Source: Acidobacteriota bacterium
GTDB lineage: Bacteria > Acidobacteriota > Thermoanaerobaculia > Multivoradales > Multivoraceae
Direction of reading: 5' to 3'
DNA length: 64,000 bases
Assembly (NCBI GenBank): GCA_026707325.1
Contig: JAPOXA010000007.1
Span: 20,775 to 84,774, forward strand
The translations under genes and the position numbers were made by a program. Shown in pieces: positions 47,971 to 56,709 of this stretch (its first letter is position 1; every line of letters begins with the position of its first letter). The notes under the pieces are model-generated. The model had not been told where the DNA came from and made no database searches. It saw only the letters and a program-made list of their open reading frames with translations.

Positions 47971-49494
47971 TCAGCCCCCGAACCAGTCCACCTCCACGTG
48001 GCACACTGGCAGCACCGCCAGCCGCAGCGGCGCGCCGCTCAGGCCCTCGGCCTCCAGCCGCACGCGGCTGCCGCCGAACCGGCATCGCCGCGGCATCGCC
48101 GCGCGGAGAGCCTCGACCTCGCGCTCCTCGCCGGGAGACAGCGGCACGCCGTAGCGCCCCGGATGGTCGACGTCGATCCGGGTCGGCGATCCGAAGTCCG
48201 TCGCCGGCCGTGGCGCGCCGGCATCGACGACGAATGCCCGCGATCCGCCGCCGACGGCCTCGCCCGAACGAAGCCGGAGGGAGTACCGGCGCAGTTCGCC
48301 GACATCGGGACCGCTCGGTCTGAAGGTGAGGAACGTCAGCAGTCCGGCCACCGCGAGCGGCGGCGAGGCGAGTTCCTCCGCCCGGTCCAGGGCGAGCGAC
48401 CAGGCCGCCTCCGCCGGCGCCGGTCCCTTGTCGGCGATGACGAAGAACCTGCCGGCGGCCGGTTCCTCCGGCGGCGCCCCGCCGAGCGGCGCGCCCGTGC
48501 CGAACGCCAGCAACAGCGCGCCGGTCTCCGGCACCGGCACCACCGCCGGCGGATGGCGGATCGGCAGGCCGCCGGTCTCGAACACCCGCCGCGGCGCCCA
48601 GGCGCTCGCCGCGACGCGGCCACCCGCGAGTGGCGCGCCCGCCGAGACGTCGACGCGGTACAGGCTGCCGGCGAGCGTGCCGGCGTAGAGCCGGTCGGCC
48701 GTTCCGTCTCCGTCCAGGTCGGCAGCGGCCGGCGTCGCGGTGGCCGGCGCGTCGAGCCTCCGCTTGTAGAGCAGCGCGCCGGATTCGACTCCGACGATGT
48801 ACAGCCAGTTGCCGACCTCGGCCGGCCGAGTCCGGTCGTACCCACCGCCGAACACCGCCGCCAGACCGTCGCCCTCGCCCACGTTCAGCCTGACGATTGC
48901 CGGCGGCGACAGCGGCTCTCCCAGATCGGGGGCGCCGTTGCCGTCGTCGTCGCTCGGGTCGACGAAGGACGAGAGCGGGTCCGGCCGCGGCGGCGCCGTC
49001 GCGGCCAGGTCCCATCGGTCCCGGCTGCCCGCCGGCCAGGGCGTCAGGTCCACCACCGCGGACACCGAGCGCCGGGGAGGCGGCAGACCATCCGAACGGC
49101 TCGGAGCGCTGGCGGTGGCGGATACGACGTGACTGACGCGCCTCAACCCGCCCATCGATCCCAGCGTTCCTTCCAGGTTCGTCATGCACAGGCGGCAGGG
49201 AGCGCTCGCCGCCGGAACGAAGCCGGATACCTCGACGACGACTTCCGCTCCGGGCGCACCACCGCCGAGCGTCCGGGCGGTAGGATCGACTGCGCCTGCC
49301 ATCCCGCGCGCGACGCCGAGTTCCACGCCTCCGTCGGCAGCCGCCAGCAGCCGCGCCTGCACCTTCTGCTGGGCCGCGACCAGCATCCCGGTCTGCGTCG
49401 CCATCAGCAGCGCCAGACAGGATCCACTCAACAGGAGCAGGATCAGCGTCACCAGCAGGGTCGAGCTGCCCTGAGCGGACGTCGACCTCTTCAA
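47971..49494 (-). CDS. PilX-like N-terminus fused to a PilY1/PilC C-terminal beta-propeller fragment
   Basis: TTG start overlaps upstream stop; QG-SSTLLVTLILL, AADGGVE; later DLGEPLSPP, FGGGYD, DLDGDGTADRLYAGTLAGSLYRVD. Confidence 0.72.
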   Translation of the reverse strand: MKRSTSAQGSSTLLVTLILLLLSGSCLALLMATQTGMLVAAQQKVQARLLAAADGGVELGVARGMAGAVDPTARTLGGGAPGAEVVVEVSGFVPAASAPCRLCMTNLEGTLGSMGGLRRVSHVVSATASAPSRSDGLPPPRRSVSAVVDLTPWPAGSRDRWDLAATAPPRPDPLSSFVDPSDDDGNGAPDLGEPLSPPAIVRLNVGEGDGLAAVFGGGYDRTRPAEVGNWLYIVGVESGALLYKRRLDAPATATPAAADLDGDGTADRLYAGTLAGSLYRVDVSAGAPLAGGRVAASAWAPRRVFETGGLPIRHPPAVVPVPETGALLLAFGTGAPLGGAPPEEPAAGRFFVIADKGPAPAEAAWSLALDRAEELASPPLAVAGLLTFLTFRPSGPDVGELRRYSLRLRSGEAVGGGSRAFVVDAGAPRPATDFGSPTRIDVDHPGRYGVPLSPGEEREVEALRAAMPRRCRFGGSRVRLEAEGLSGAPLRLAVLPVCHVEVDWFGG

Positions 49495-50486
49495 GGGAGG
49501 TTCCTCAGCCGGACGAAGGAAGACGTCGTCCGCTCGACCCGCAACGCGACGGCGGCGGGTTCGCCGGCCCGGGCCGTGGTCGCCACGCTGGCGACGAAGG
49601 CCCCTCCGTCCACGGTCTGTTCTACCGTCACCTCCAGGTCGATCAGGTCGTCGGCGATCGGCTGCAGCAGGTTGGAGTTCCGACGGCGCCAGGCGACTTC
49701 GGTCCCCGGGTACAGGCGGGCCATCGCAAGCTGCGGCCCCTGCCTCGACCGCGGGTCGGGCGGCCGGATGTAGAAACGCCATTCCTCCAGCACGCCCACC
49801 CTTTCCACCACGCGCATGAGGTCCCCCGGCCAGGCGCCGCCACTCGACAGGCCCAGGTATGCGGCGGCGACCGGCCCGCGCCAGGCATCAGCATGGAAGT
49901 GGACTCTTAGTCGGCGCCCCCGTCCGCGGCCGCTGGCCGCGACCTCCGTGATCGGCACGACCGCGTGGACCGGAGCGACGCCGGAGATCAGGAGCAACGC
50001 GTCGTCGCCGGCTTCGCCCGCGTCCTGCAGCATCGAGAGCGGCTGGAGAACGCCGCCGGTCGTCTCGGCCGGCACCTCCACCCAGCCGCGCGCGGCGGCC
50101 GGGTCGACCTCCATGTCCTCGACCCAGTAGAGAGGGCCGTTGATCACGCCCCGGACGACCAGCACGTCGGTGCCCTCGGCCGCAGTCAGGCCGCCGACCG
50201 GATGGCCGGGCGCCACGTCCTTCTCGACGAAGGCGGCGAGCTCCGGACGCGCCTCCCGGCCGGGCGACTGCCGCGCGATCCCGCCGCGCCCGGCCGCGCG
50301 CAGCCCGTGCCGCAACTCCCGGTGTGCCGCCTGCTGTGCCCGCTGCAGCGCCGAGTCGTCGAGTTGAGCGCGCGCCAGGTGCTGGTGGAGGCCGAACAGC
50401 GAGAGCGCGAACGCCGAAACGGCGACCGTGAGACCGAACGCGACCAGGGTCTCGATCAGGCTGGCGCCGGCGTCGGCCCTCTTCAT
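49491..50486 (-). CDS. Type IV minor pilin (PilW-like)
   Basis: Class III signal DAG-ASLIETLVA, LRAAG, C-terminal VRLRN. Confidence 0.75.
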   Translation of the reverse strand: MKRADAGASLIETLVAFGLTVAVSAFALSLFGLHQHLARAQLDDSALQRAQQAAHRELRHGLRAAGRGGIARQSPGREARPELAAFVEKDVAPGHPVGGLTAAEGTDVLVVRGVINGPLYWVEDMEVDPAAARGWVEVPAETTGGVLQPLSMLQDAGEAGDDALLLISGVAPVHAVVPITEVAASGRGRGRRLRVHFHADAWRGPVAAAYLGLSSGGAWPGDLMRVVERVGVLEEWRFYIRPPDPRSRQGPQLAMARLYPGTEVAWRRRNSNLLQPIADDLIDLEVTVEQTVDGGAFVASVATTARAGEPAAVALRVERTTSSFVRLRNLP

Positions 50487-50920
50487 GGCAGGCGCAAGGT
50501 GACGAGGCGCATCGTCCGTTCCCCGGCGGCCCGTCCCGCCCGCAGCGCGGTCACCTCGACCGTCACCTCGATGATCTCGACCGACTCGCCCGGCAGGCCC
50601 GGCTCGAGCACGGGCACCGATCGGACGAAGCGGCGGAACTGCGGCGCCTCAGCGCCGCAGTCTTCCTGCCAGGCCGCGACGGAGGGACACCAGACCTGTT
50701 CCTGGTCTCCCGCGCCGTCGATGCCCTCGATGGACGACCGGGCCATCTCGACGAGCATCTCGGCGCGGCGCGCCTCCAGGTTGTTCAGGCCGGATCGAAC
50801 GAGAAGCGAGAGCACGGTCGTCGCGGTGAGGCCGAGCAGTGCGAAGGAGACGAGCGTCTCGACCAGGCTGAAGCCGGCTGTCCGCGGCGGAACGAGGCTG
50901 GCGCGGTGGATCCTGTTCAT
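50483..50920 (-). CDS. Type IV minor pilin (PilV-like)
   Basis: TAG-FSLVETLVS prepilin motif. Confidence 0.78.
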   Translation of the reverse strand: MNRIHRASLVPPRTAGFSLVETLVSFALLGLTATTVLSLLVRSGLNNLEARRAEMLVEMARSSIEGIDGAGDQEQVWCPSVAAWQEDCGAEAPQFRRFVRSVPVLEPGLPGESVEIIEVTVEVTALRAGRAAGERTMRLVTLRLP

Positions 50921-50950
50921 ACTGAACAGGACGGAAACGGACGCGTCGTC

Positions 50951-51739
50951 TTACAGCAGGGACGTGTAGGCGGCGATCAACCGCGGTCCGAAGAACAGCG
51001 ACACGACGGCGCCCATCGCGAGAAAGACGCCGAAGGGGAGCCTGGAACTCCAGCCCAGCCGGCCGCGGACCATGAGCAGGAGGCCGGCGAGCGCGCCGAT
51101 CAGTGACGCGAGGAAAAGCGTCAGCAGCGTCCCGCCGACGCCCAGAAACGCGCCGACCGCGGCGAGCATCTTCACGTCCCCGAGCCCCATGCCCCGTACC
51201 CGGCGAAGGAGGTACCAGAGTCCGATCAGCAGCAGCAGCGCTCCGGCCCCGACCGCGGCGCCGAACAGCGCGTCCCGCGGTGTCGTCCAGGACACCGCGA
51301 AGGATCCGGCCAGACCGAGCCCGATTCCGCCATAGGTCAGCGGGTCGGGGAGCAGGAGGTGGCTCGCGTCGATGATCGCCAGCACCAGCATGAGGCTGCA
51401 GAAGACGGCGGCCAGAAGACCGTCGAACGTCGGCCCGAACACGAGCCAGGAGGCGAGCCAGAGGACACCGCTGCCCGCCTCGACCGCCGGGTAGCGCCAC
51501 GCGATCGACTCGCCGCAGGTCCTGCAACGGCCGCGGAGAATCACGAAACTCAACAACGGCACGTTGTCGCGCGCGGCGATGCTGGCGCTGCAGTGGGGAC
51601 AGCGCGACCGCGGCCGAACGATCGACTCGCCTCTCGGCAGCCGCCAGGCGACGACGTTGAGGAAGCTGCCGACGCACAGCCCGACCACCGTGGCGTACAC
51701 CGCCCCGAAAACGATGGTCGCCGGCGCCGCTCCGGTCAT
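50951..51739 (-). CDS. pilD: Prepilin peptidase/methyltransferase
   Basis: GSFLNVV..RLP, CPHC, DNVPLLS..RGRCRTC, ID, GMGLGDVK, PFGVFL. Confidence 0.95.
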   Translation of the reverse strand: MTGAAPATIVFGAVYATVVGLCVGSFLNVVAWRLPRGESIVRPRSRCPHCSASIAARDNVPLLSFVILRGRCRTCGESIAWRYPAVEAGSGVLWLASWLVFGPTFDGLLAAVFCSLMLVLAIIDASHLLLPDPLTYGGIGLGLAGSFAVSWTTPRDALFGAAVGAGALLLLIGLWYLLRRVRGMGLGDVKMLAAVGAFLGVGGTLLTLFLASLIGALAGLLLMVRGRLGWSSRLPFGVFLAMGAVVSLFFGPRLIAAYTSLL

Positions 51740-53265
51740 GGTTGCACGCCGCTGCCCCGAACCAGCCCGGCGACGACCCGTTTCATCATCTCGCAGCCGC
51801 GAAGGAAAGCGTCGACAGGTATCCGCTCGTCGAGCCCGTGGATCCCCCCGGCGTCCCCGCTGGCGACGACGAAGGGGGAGAAGCCGTAGGCGTCCACTCC
51901 GCGCCGCCGGAAGAAGCGCGAGTCCGTCGCACCGGCGATCACGGCCGGAGCCACCGGCGCGCGGACGCCGAGGAAACGCTCCAGCGTCCGGTAGACGTCG
52001 CTTTCCGTGCTCGACGCCGGGCTGGCGCCCGAGCGCAGAAGTTCCTCGACGTGGATGCCGGTACCCAGGACCGTATCGACCCGGCGGCGGAAGGCCTCGG
52101 CATCCGTGTCCGGCAGCAAACGGGCGTCGATGAGCGCCACAGCCTCGCCCGGCGCCACGTTGACCGGTCCCGCGCCATTGTCGATCCGGGTGATCTGCAC
52201 CGTGTCGCGGAAGCTCGCCGACATGCCGGGCAGCAGTACGCGGTCCAGACCGCCGACCCGCAGCCGCCGGTCGAGTTCCGCCTGCACCGCCTCGATCGGC
52301 TGATCGAAGACCTCGGCTAACTCTCCCGAGTGGAACGCAGCGAGGCCCCGGTAGGCCTCGTGCGCCGCAGCAGTGACCCGCCACGGGTGCTCCAGTTCGA
52401 GCACCCGGTTCAGCGCACGCAACAGCCGGTGCGTGGGGCTCGCGGGGTTGAATCCCGAAGCGTGCCCTCCGCGTCCGGTGGCCGTGACGCGGAGCCAGAG
52501 CACCTGCTTCTGCGCCGTCTCGATGCCCCACCACAGCAGGCGGTCCCCGGCCACCCGGTTGACGCCCGCTTCGTTCAACACTGCCACGGCATCATCGAAC
52601 AACTCCCAGCGCTCCTCCAGCAACCAGCCGACACCTTCGGCGCCGCCCGCCTCCTCGTCGGCGCTGGCTACGAAGACCAGGTCGCGGCGCCGCGGCTGAC
52701 CGCTCTCCAGCACGTGGAGCATCGCGCCCAGATGGGCGATACCGAGACTCTTCGCGTCGAGTGCGCCGCGGCCCCAGATCTTCCCGTCGTGCATCGTTCC
52801 GCCGAACGGGGGCCGGCTCCAGCCCTCTCCCGCCGGGACCACGTCGACGTGATGCACCAGCACCAGGGCTCCGCCTCCGGCATCGGGGACGTTCGCCGGC
52901 AACCGCGCGTAGAGGTTGGCCCGGCCGCCTGGGCTGGTCAGCACCTGAACGTCGAGCTCGCCCTCCGGATCATGGCGCTCGATCAGCGAAGCCAGGTACT
53001 CGACGGCGGGCCGCTCGTCGCCCGGAGGATTGCTGGTGTCGAACGACAGGTAGGTCTGTAGCCAGGCGACTGGTCCCGCGCCGGCGAACGCCGGTCCCGC
53101 AGCCAGCAGGACGGCGGCTGACAAGAGCAGCCTGACACTGACCCGCCGAGCGCCGGGCGCTTCGGCCGGCGCGTTCTCCTGGCCGCCTGCGGCGGCAGCC
53201 GGCGGGGACGCCGGCGCACGCAGTGTGCGGCGCCGTCTTGACTGGGCACTTGTACGCGATTTCAC
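51736..53265 (-). CDS. Exported M20/M25/M40 metallopeptidase
   Basis: DTSNPPGDE, HHVDVVP, GRGALDAK, ADEEAGG, GGHAS, GATDSRF, IHGLDERI; GTG overlaps upstream stop. Confidence 0.9.
   Translation of the reverse strand: MKSRTSAQSRRRRTLRAPASPPAAAAGGQENAPAEAPGARRVSVRLLLSAAVLLAAGPAFAGAGPVAWLQTYLSFDTSNPPGDERPAVEYLASLIERHDPEGELDVQVLTSPGGRANLYARLPANVPDAGGGALVLVHHVDVVPAGEGWSRPPFGGTMHDGKIWGRGALDAKSLGIAHLGAMLHVLESGQPRRRDLVFVASADEEAGGAEGVGWLLEERWELFDDAVAVLNEAGVNRVAGDRLLWWGIETAQKQVLWLRVTATGRGGHASGFNPASPTHRLLRALNRVLELEHPWRVTAAAHEAYRGLAAFHSGELAEVFDQPIEAVQAELDRRLRVGGLDRVLLPGMSASFRDTVQITRIDNGAGPVNVAPGEAVALIDARLLPDTDAEAFRRRVDTVLGTGIHVEELLRSGASPASSTESDVYRTLERFLGVRAPVAPAVIAGATDSRFFRRRGVDAYGFSPFVVASGDAGGIHGLDERIPVDAFLRGCEMMKRVVAGLVRGSGVQP
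53145..53227 (-). repeat. REP/REPIN-like element, copy 9 (in frame in a signal-peptide region)
   Basis: Minus strand CACACTGCGTGCGCCGGCGTCCCCGCCGGCTGCCGCCGCAGGCGGCCAGGAGAACGCGCCGGCCGAAGCG... Confidence 0.82.
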
Positions 53266-54761
53266 CGGGCCGCCTCCGGCACTCCGCCTGAGGAGACGGT
53301 GGTCCGTCCGGTCCCGGCAATGGGCGGCAGGTCGAGAAGGTCCAGGACGACCTGCCGGTACAGATCGACACCGTCGATGAAGGCGGGCAGGGCGATCTTC
53401 TCGTTCGGGCCCGCCACGGTCATCGAGTCGACGGCCAGGAAGCGGAAGGGCGTGAATCCGTAGGCGGCGATGCCGTGGAGCCGGAAGAAACGGGCGTCGT
53501 TCGCGTAGCGCGCCAGCAGGTAGGGACCGATCCGGTCCGGCTCGACGCCGGTGCGCCGGCGCAGCGAGTCGGTCAACCGCAGGTACGCCGGATGATCGAG
53601 GGAGCTGCCGTGCGCCGCTCCCCGCCGCTCGTGAATCCGAATCTCCACGCCGTCCAGCAGCCGGGCGGGGAGCAGCTCGGCCGCGGTCGCCTCGGCGTCC
53701 AGGCCGGGCAGCACGTGGAGGACGATGCGCAGCCGGTAGCCGCCAGAGGAAGCGGCTTCGACGAAGAACGGGTGCGCCTCGTTGCGGAACAACGCCTTGA
53801 GCAGATCCGGCAGACCGTCGAACAGTTTCGGCTCTTCGAGCACCCGCTGGGGCTCGGCCAGCGCCGCCCGGTAGTCCGGGTGCTGGCGCGACGGCCCGTA
53901 GGCCGCCGCGAACGCCGCCACCTCCGGCACCACCGCCACGGGTTTCGCGGTGCCGAGCGCCGCAAGCAGATCGACGCGCAGCCGCTCCAGCCGTTCCGCC
54001 GCCGGCGCCGTGGCCGTCACCTCCAGGAACTGCTTCTGGGCGAACGACGTGCCCCAGTACTTCACCTCGTTCGTCCAGGTCGCCTCCAGCACGCCGCCCT
54101 CGCCCAGCACCGCCCAGAAGCGCTCCGTGAGTTCCGGGCGGTGGGCGAGGATGTGGCGCGTCCCGAGGTCGCTGCCGGTCTCCTCGCTGCTCGTCGCGAG
54201 GAAGATCAGCGACCGGCTCGGCCGGCGGCCGGTCGCCGCCGTCCGCTCCGCGGCCGCCAGCATCGCGGCGAGCTGGGCCACCGTCACGCTCTTCATGTCG
54301 AACACGCCGCGGCCGACGATCCATGGCGGCTCGATCCGCCCCTCGAAGGGCGACACGATCCACTCCTCCGGTCGCCGCACCGGGTCGACGTCCAGGTGGT
54401 TGTGGAGCACCAGCGCTTCGCGGCTCTCGCCTTCGAGGATCGCCCAGAGGTTCGCCCGGGCGCCCTCGTGCGCCTCGATCTCCACGGCAATGCCCGCCTC
54501 TTCGAGGATGCCGGCGAGGTAACGCGCGGCGTCGATCTCGCGGCCCGTCTCCGGCGTCGTGTCGATGCGCACCAGGTCCTGAAGGCGCCGGACGTTCTCG
54601 TCCGCCTCGTAGTCGACGTCCTGCCAGCTCGTGTCGAAGGTCGGCGCCGGCGTACGCGGCCGGAAGACCACAGCGGCCACGACCAGGACGAGCAGCGTGC
54701 CGTACAGCGCGACACGGGCCGCCACGGGGCGCCGCGCGTGCAGTTTCGCGCTGTTCGACAT
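53262..54761 (-). CDS. Membrane-anchored M20-family metallopeptidase (divergent)
   Basis: N-terminal TM; HNHLDVDP, GRGVFDMKS, SSEETGS, NDARFFR; final His motif reads VAGPNEK. Confidence 0.85.
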   Translation of the reverse strand: MSNSAKLHARRPVAARVALYGTLLVLVVAAVVFRPRTPAPTFDTSWQDVDYEADENVRRLQDLVRIDTTPETGREIDAARYLAGILEEAGIAVEIEAHEGARANLWAILEGESREALVLHNHLDVDPVRRPEEWIVSPFEGRIEPPWIVGRGVFDMKSVTVAQLAAMLAAAERTAATGRRPSRSLIFLATSSEETGSDLGTRHILAHRPELTERFWAVLGEGGVLEATWTNEVKYWGTSFAQKQFLEVTATAPAAERLERLRVDLLAALGTAKPVAVVPEVAAFAAAYGPSRQHPDYRAALAEPQRVLEEPKLFDGLPDLLKALFRNEAHPFFVEAASSGGYRLRIVLHVLPGLDAEATAAELLPARLLDGVEIRIHERRGAAHGSSLDHPAYLRLTDSLRRRTGVEPDRIGPYLLARYANDARFFRLHGIAAYGFTPFRFLAVDSMTVAGPNEKIALPAFIDGVDLYRQVVLDLLDLPPIAGTGRTTVSSGGVPEAAR

Positions 54762-54838
54762 CAACCGGATCAGCTTAGCGCCTCCCACCTGAGCTGTACG
54801 CCACACCCATCCTTACGATTCTGAAGCTGCTACCGTCC

Positions 54839-55810
54839 ATGCCGCCACCAGTGCAGCTCTCCAACCACCAGCCGTTCCGCGGCATCGGAAGGGGCCTGCT
54901 GATCCTGCTCCTGCTGGGCACGGTCACCTTCGCCGCGCTCGGCTTCGTCGGCGACTTCGAGCAGATCCGCGATCTGATCCGGGACTTCAGTCTCACGACG
55001 CTGCTCGTCGTGCTGCTGCTGTCCGCCGTGAACTACTGGCTGCGCTTCGTTCGCTGGCAGATGTACCTGCGGCAACTCGACGTCCGCTTGCGCTGGACTC
55101 GCAGCCTCGCCATCTTCCTGACGGGCTTCCTGCTCGCGGTGACTCCGGGCAAGGCCGGCGAGCTCGCCAAGGCCTGGCTGGCGCGCGAGTTCGGCGGCGG
55201 GCGGGCCCGTCCGGTCATCGCCGTCGTCGTCACGGAACGGCTGCTCGACGTGCTGGCGGTCCTGCTGCTGCTCCTGTCGTCGGTCTTCGTCTTCACCGGC
55301 CAGCGCTCGTTCGTCGCGCCCATCATCCTCGTCGCGGCCGGCGCGGTGGTCGCCGTGGCCTACGGCCCCGTCACGAGACGACTGCTGCCCGTGCTCGCGA
55401 AGAGCCGACTCGCGAGAGGGCGCGCCGCCGTGCTGATCGACATCCATCAGGCCTTCACGAAACTCGTGGAGCCCAGGATGCTGCTCCCGGGCCTCGCCCT
55501 GTCCACCGCGGCCTGGGCGGCCGAGGGGATCGGCTGTGCCCTCGTCGTCCGCCACTACGCGCCCTCGGTGCCCGTCCTGGCCTCGGTGTTCGACTACGCG
55601 GCCTCCAGCGTCGCGGGCGCCGCCTCGATGATCCCCGGCGGCCTGCTCGCCGCGGAGGGGTCGCTCGTCCTGCTGCTGGAGCGCCAGGGTGTGGCTCTCG
55701 ACGCCGCGATGGCCTCGACCGTCATCGTCCGCGCCGCCACCTTCTGGTTCGCGGTCGCGGTGGGCGTGCTGGCCATGCCCTGGGTGCTGTCGCTACTGCG
55801 CCGGCGCTGA
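54839..55810 (+). CDS. Lysylphosphatidylglycerol-synthase-TM / flippase-like membrane protein
   Basis: LRFVRW, TPGKAGELAK, ERLLD, PGGLLAAEG, RAATFW. Confidence 0.85.
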   Translation: MPPPVQLSNHQPFRGIGRGLLILLLLGTVTFAALGFVGDFEQIRDLIRDFSLTTLLVVLLLSAVNYWLRFVRWQMYLRQLDVRLRWTRSLAIFLTGFLLAVTPGKAGELAKAWLAREFGGGRARPVIAVVVTERLLDVLAVLLLLLSSVFVFTGQRSFVAPIILVAAGAVVAVAYGPVTRRLLPVLAKSRLARGRAAVLIDIHQAFTKLVEPRMLLPGLALSTAAWAAEGIGCALVVRHYAPSVPVLASVFDYAASSVAGAASMIPGGLLAAEGSLVLLLERQGVALDAAMASTVIVRAATFWFAVAVGVLAMPWVLSLLRRR

Positions 55811-55817
55811 CCGGTTT

Positions 55818-56702
55818 CTACTGCGCCGGCCCCGGCAGGTAGACGATCGCGAAGACGGCCAGGGCGTAGAGCCCCACGTTCACCAGGAAGGGAACGTCGT
55901 ACAGGAGTAGTTCCGTCGGATTCCGCTGCTTCGGATTCTCGGCCTGGTGGATCAGGTACAGGTAGCGGAAGATGCCGAACAGCACGAACGGAACCGTCCA
56001 CACCAGGCCGTAGTCGCCGAAGCGCATGACGGTCTCGTCGGCGGTCGTGTAGAGGGCATAGGACAGCAGGGTCGACGCCGTCACGACGTTCATCATCTGG
56101 TCCAGGAACGCCGGGCTGTAGTGATCGAGAACCGCCCGCTGCTCGCCCGCGTCGTCCGGGAGCAGCACGAGTTCGTGGCGGCGCTTGGAGAAGCCCAGAA
56201 ACAGCGACAGGAAGACCGTGCACAGCAGCAGCCAGGCGGAAACCGTGACGCCGACGGCGGTCGCTCCGACGACCACACGGATGACGTAGCCGCTCGCAAG
56301 GACCATCACGTCGACGATCACGATCTCCTTCAACCACAGGCTGTAGAGCAGGTTCGCCAGCAGGTAGAGGCCGACCAGAAGCGCCGTCTCCCGGTTGAGC
56401 GTCCAGGCCGCGATCAGCGCGGCGGCGGCAAGCGCCGCGCCCGTCGCGGCGGCCGGCGCCGTGCCCAGGTCGCCGGACGCCACCGGCCGCAGCCGTTTCC
56501 GGGGGTGGCGGCGGTCCTGCTCGCGGTCGCGCAGGTCGTTGAACAGGTAGACGGCGCTGGCGGCGGCGCAGAACGCGGCGAAGGCAATCGCCGAAGCCTC
56601 CAGCGTGCCGCGATCCAGAAGGCTGCCGGCGAACGTCGCCGGCGCCAGGACGAAGACGTTCTTGCTCCACTGCGCCGGCCGCAGCGACCTGAAGAGCGGC
56701 AC
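55818..56702 (-). CDS. UbiA-family prenyltransferase (decaprenyl-phosphate phosphoribosyltransferase-like)
   Basis: LRPAQWSKN, YLFNDLRDREQDRRHPRKRLRP, KRRHE, GIFRY. Confidence 0.9.
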   Translation of the reverse strand: MPLFRSLRPAQWSKNVFVLAPATFAGSLLDRGTLEASAIAFAAFCAAASAVYLFNDLRDREQDRRHPRKRLRPVASGDLGTAPAAATGAALAAAALIAAWTLNRETALLVGLYLLANLLYSLWLKEIVIVDVMVLASGYVIRVVVGATAVGVTVSAWLLLCTVFLSLFLGFSKRRHELVLLPDDAGEQRAVLDHYSPAFLDQMMNVVTASTLLSYALYTTADETVMRFGDYGLVWTVPFVLFGIFRYLYLIHQAENPKQRNPTELLLYDVPFLVNVGLYALAVFAIVYLPGPAQ

Positions 56703-56709
56703 GAAGTTG

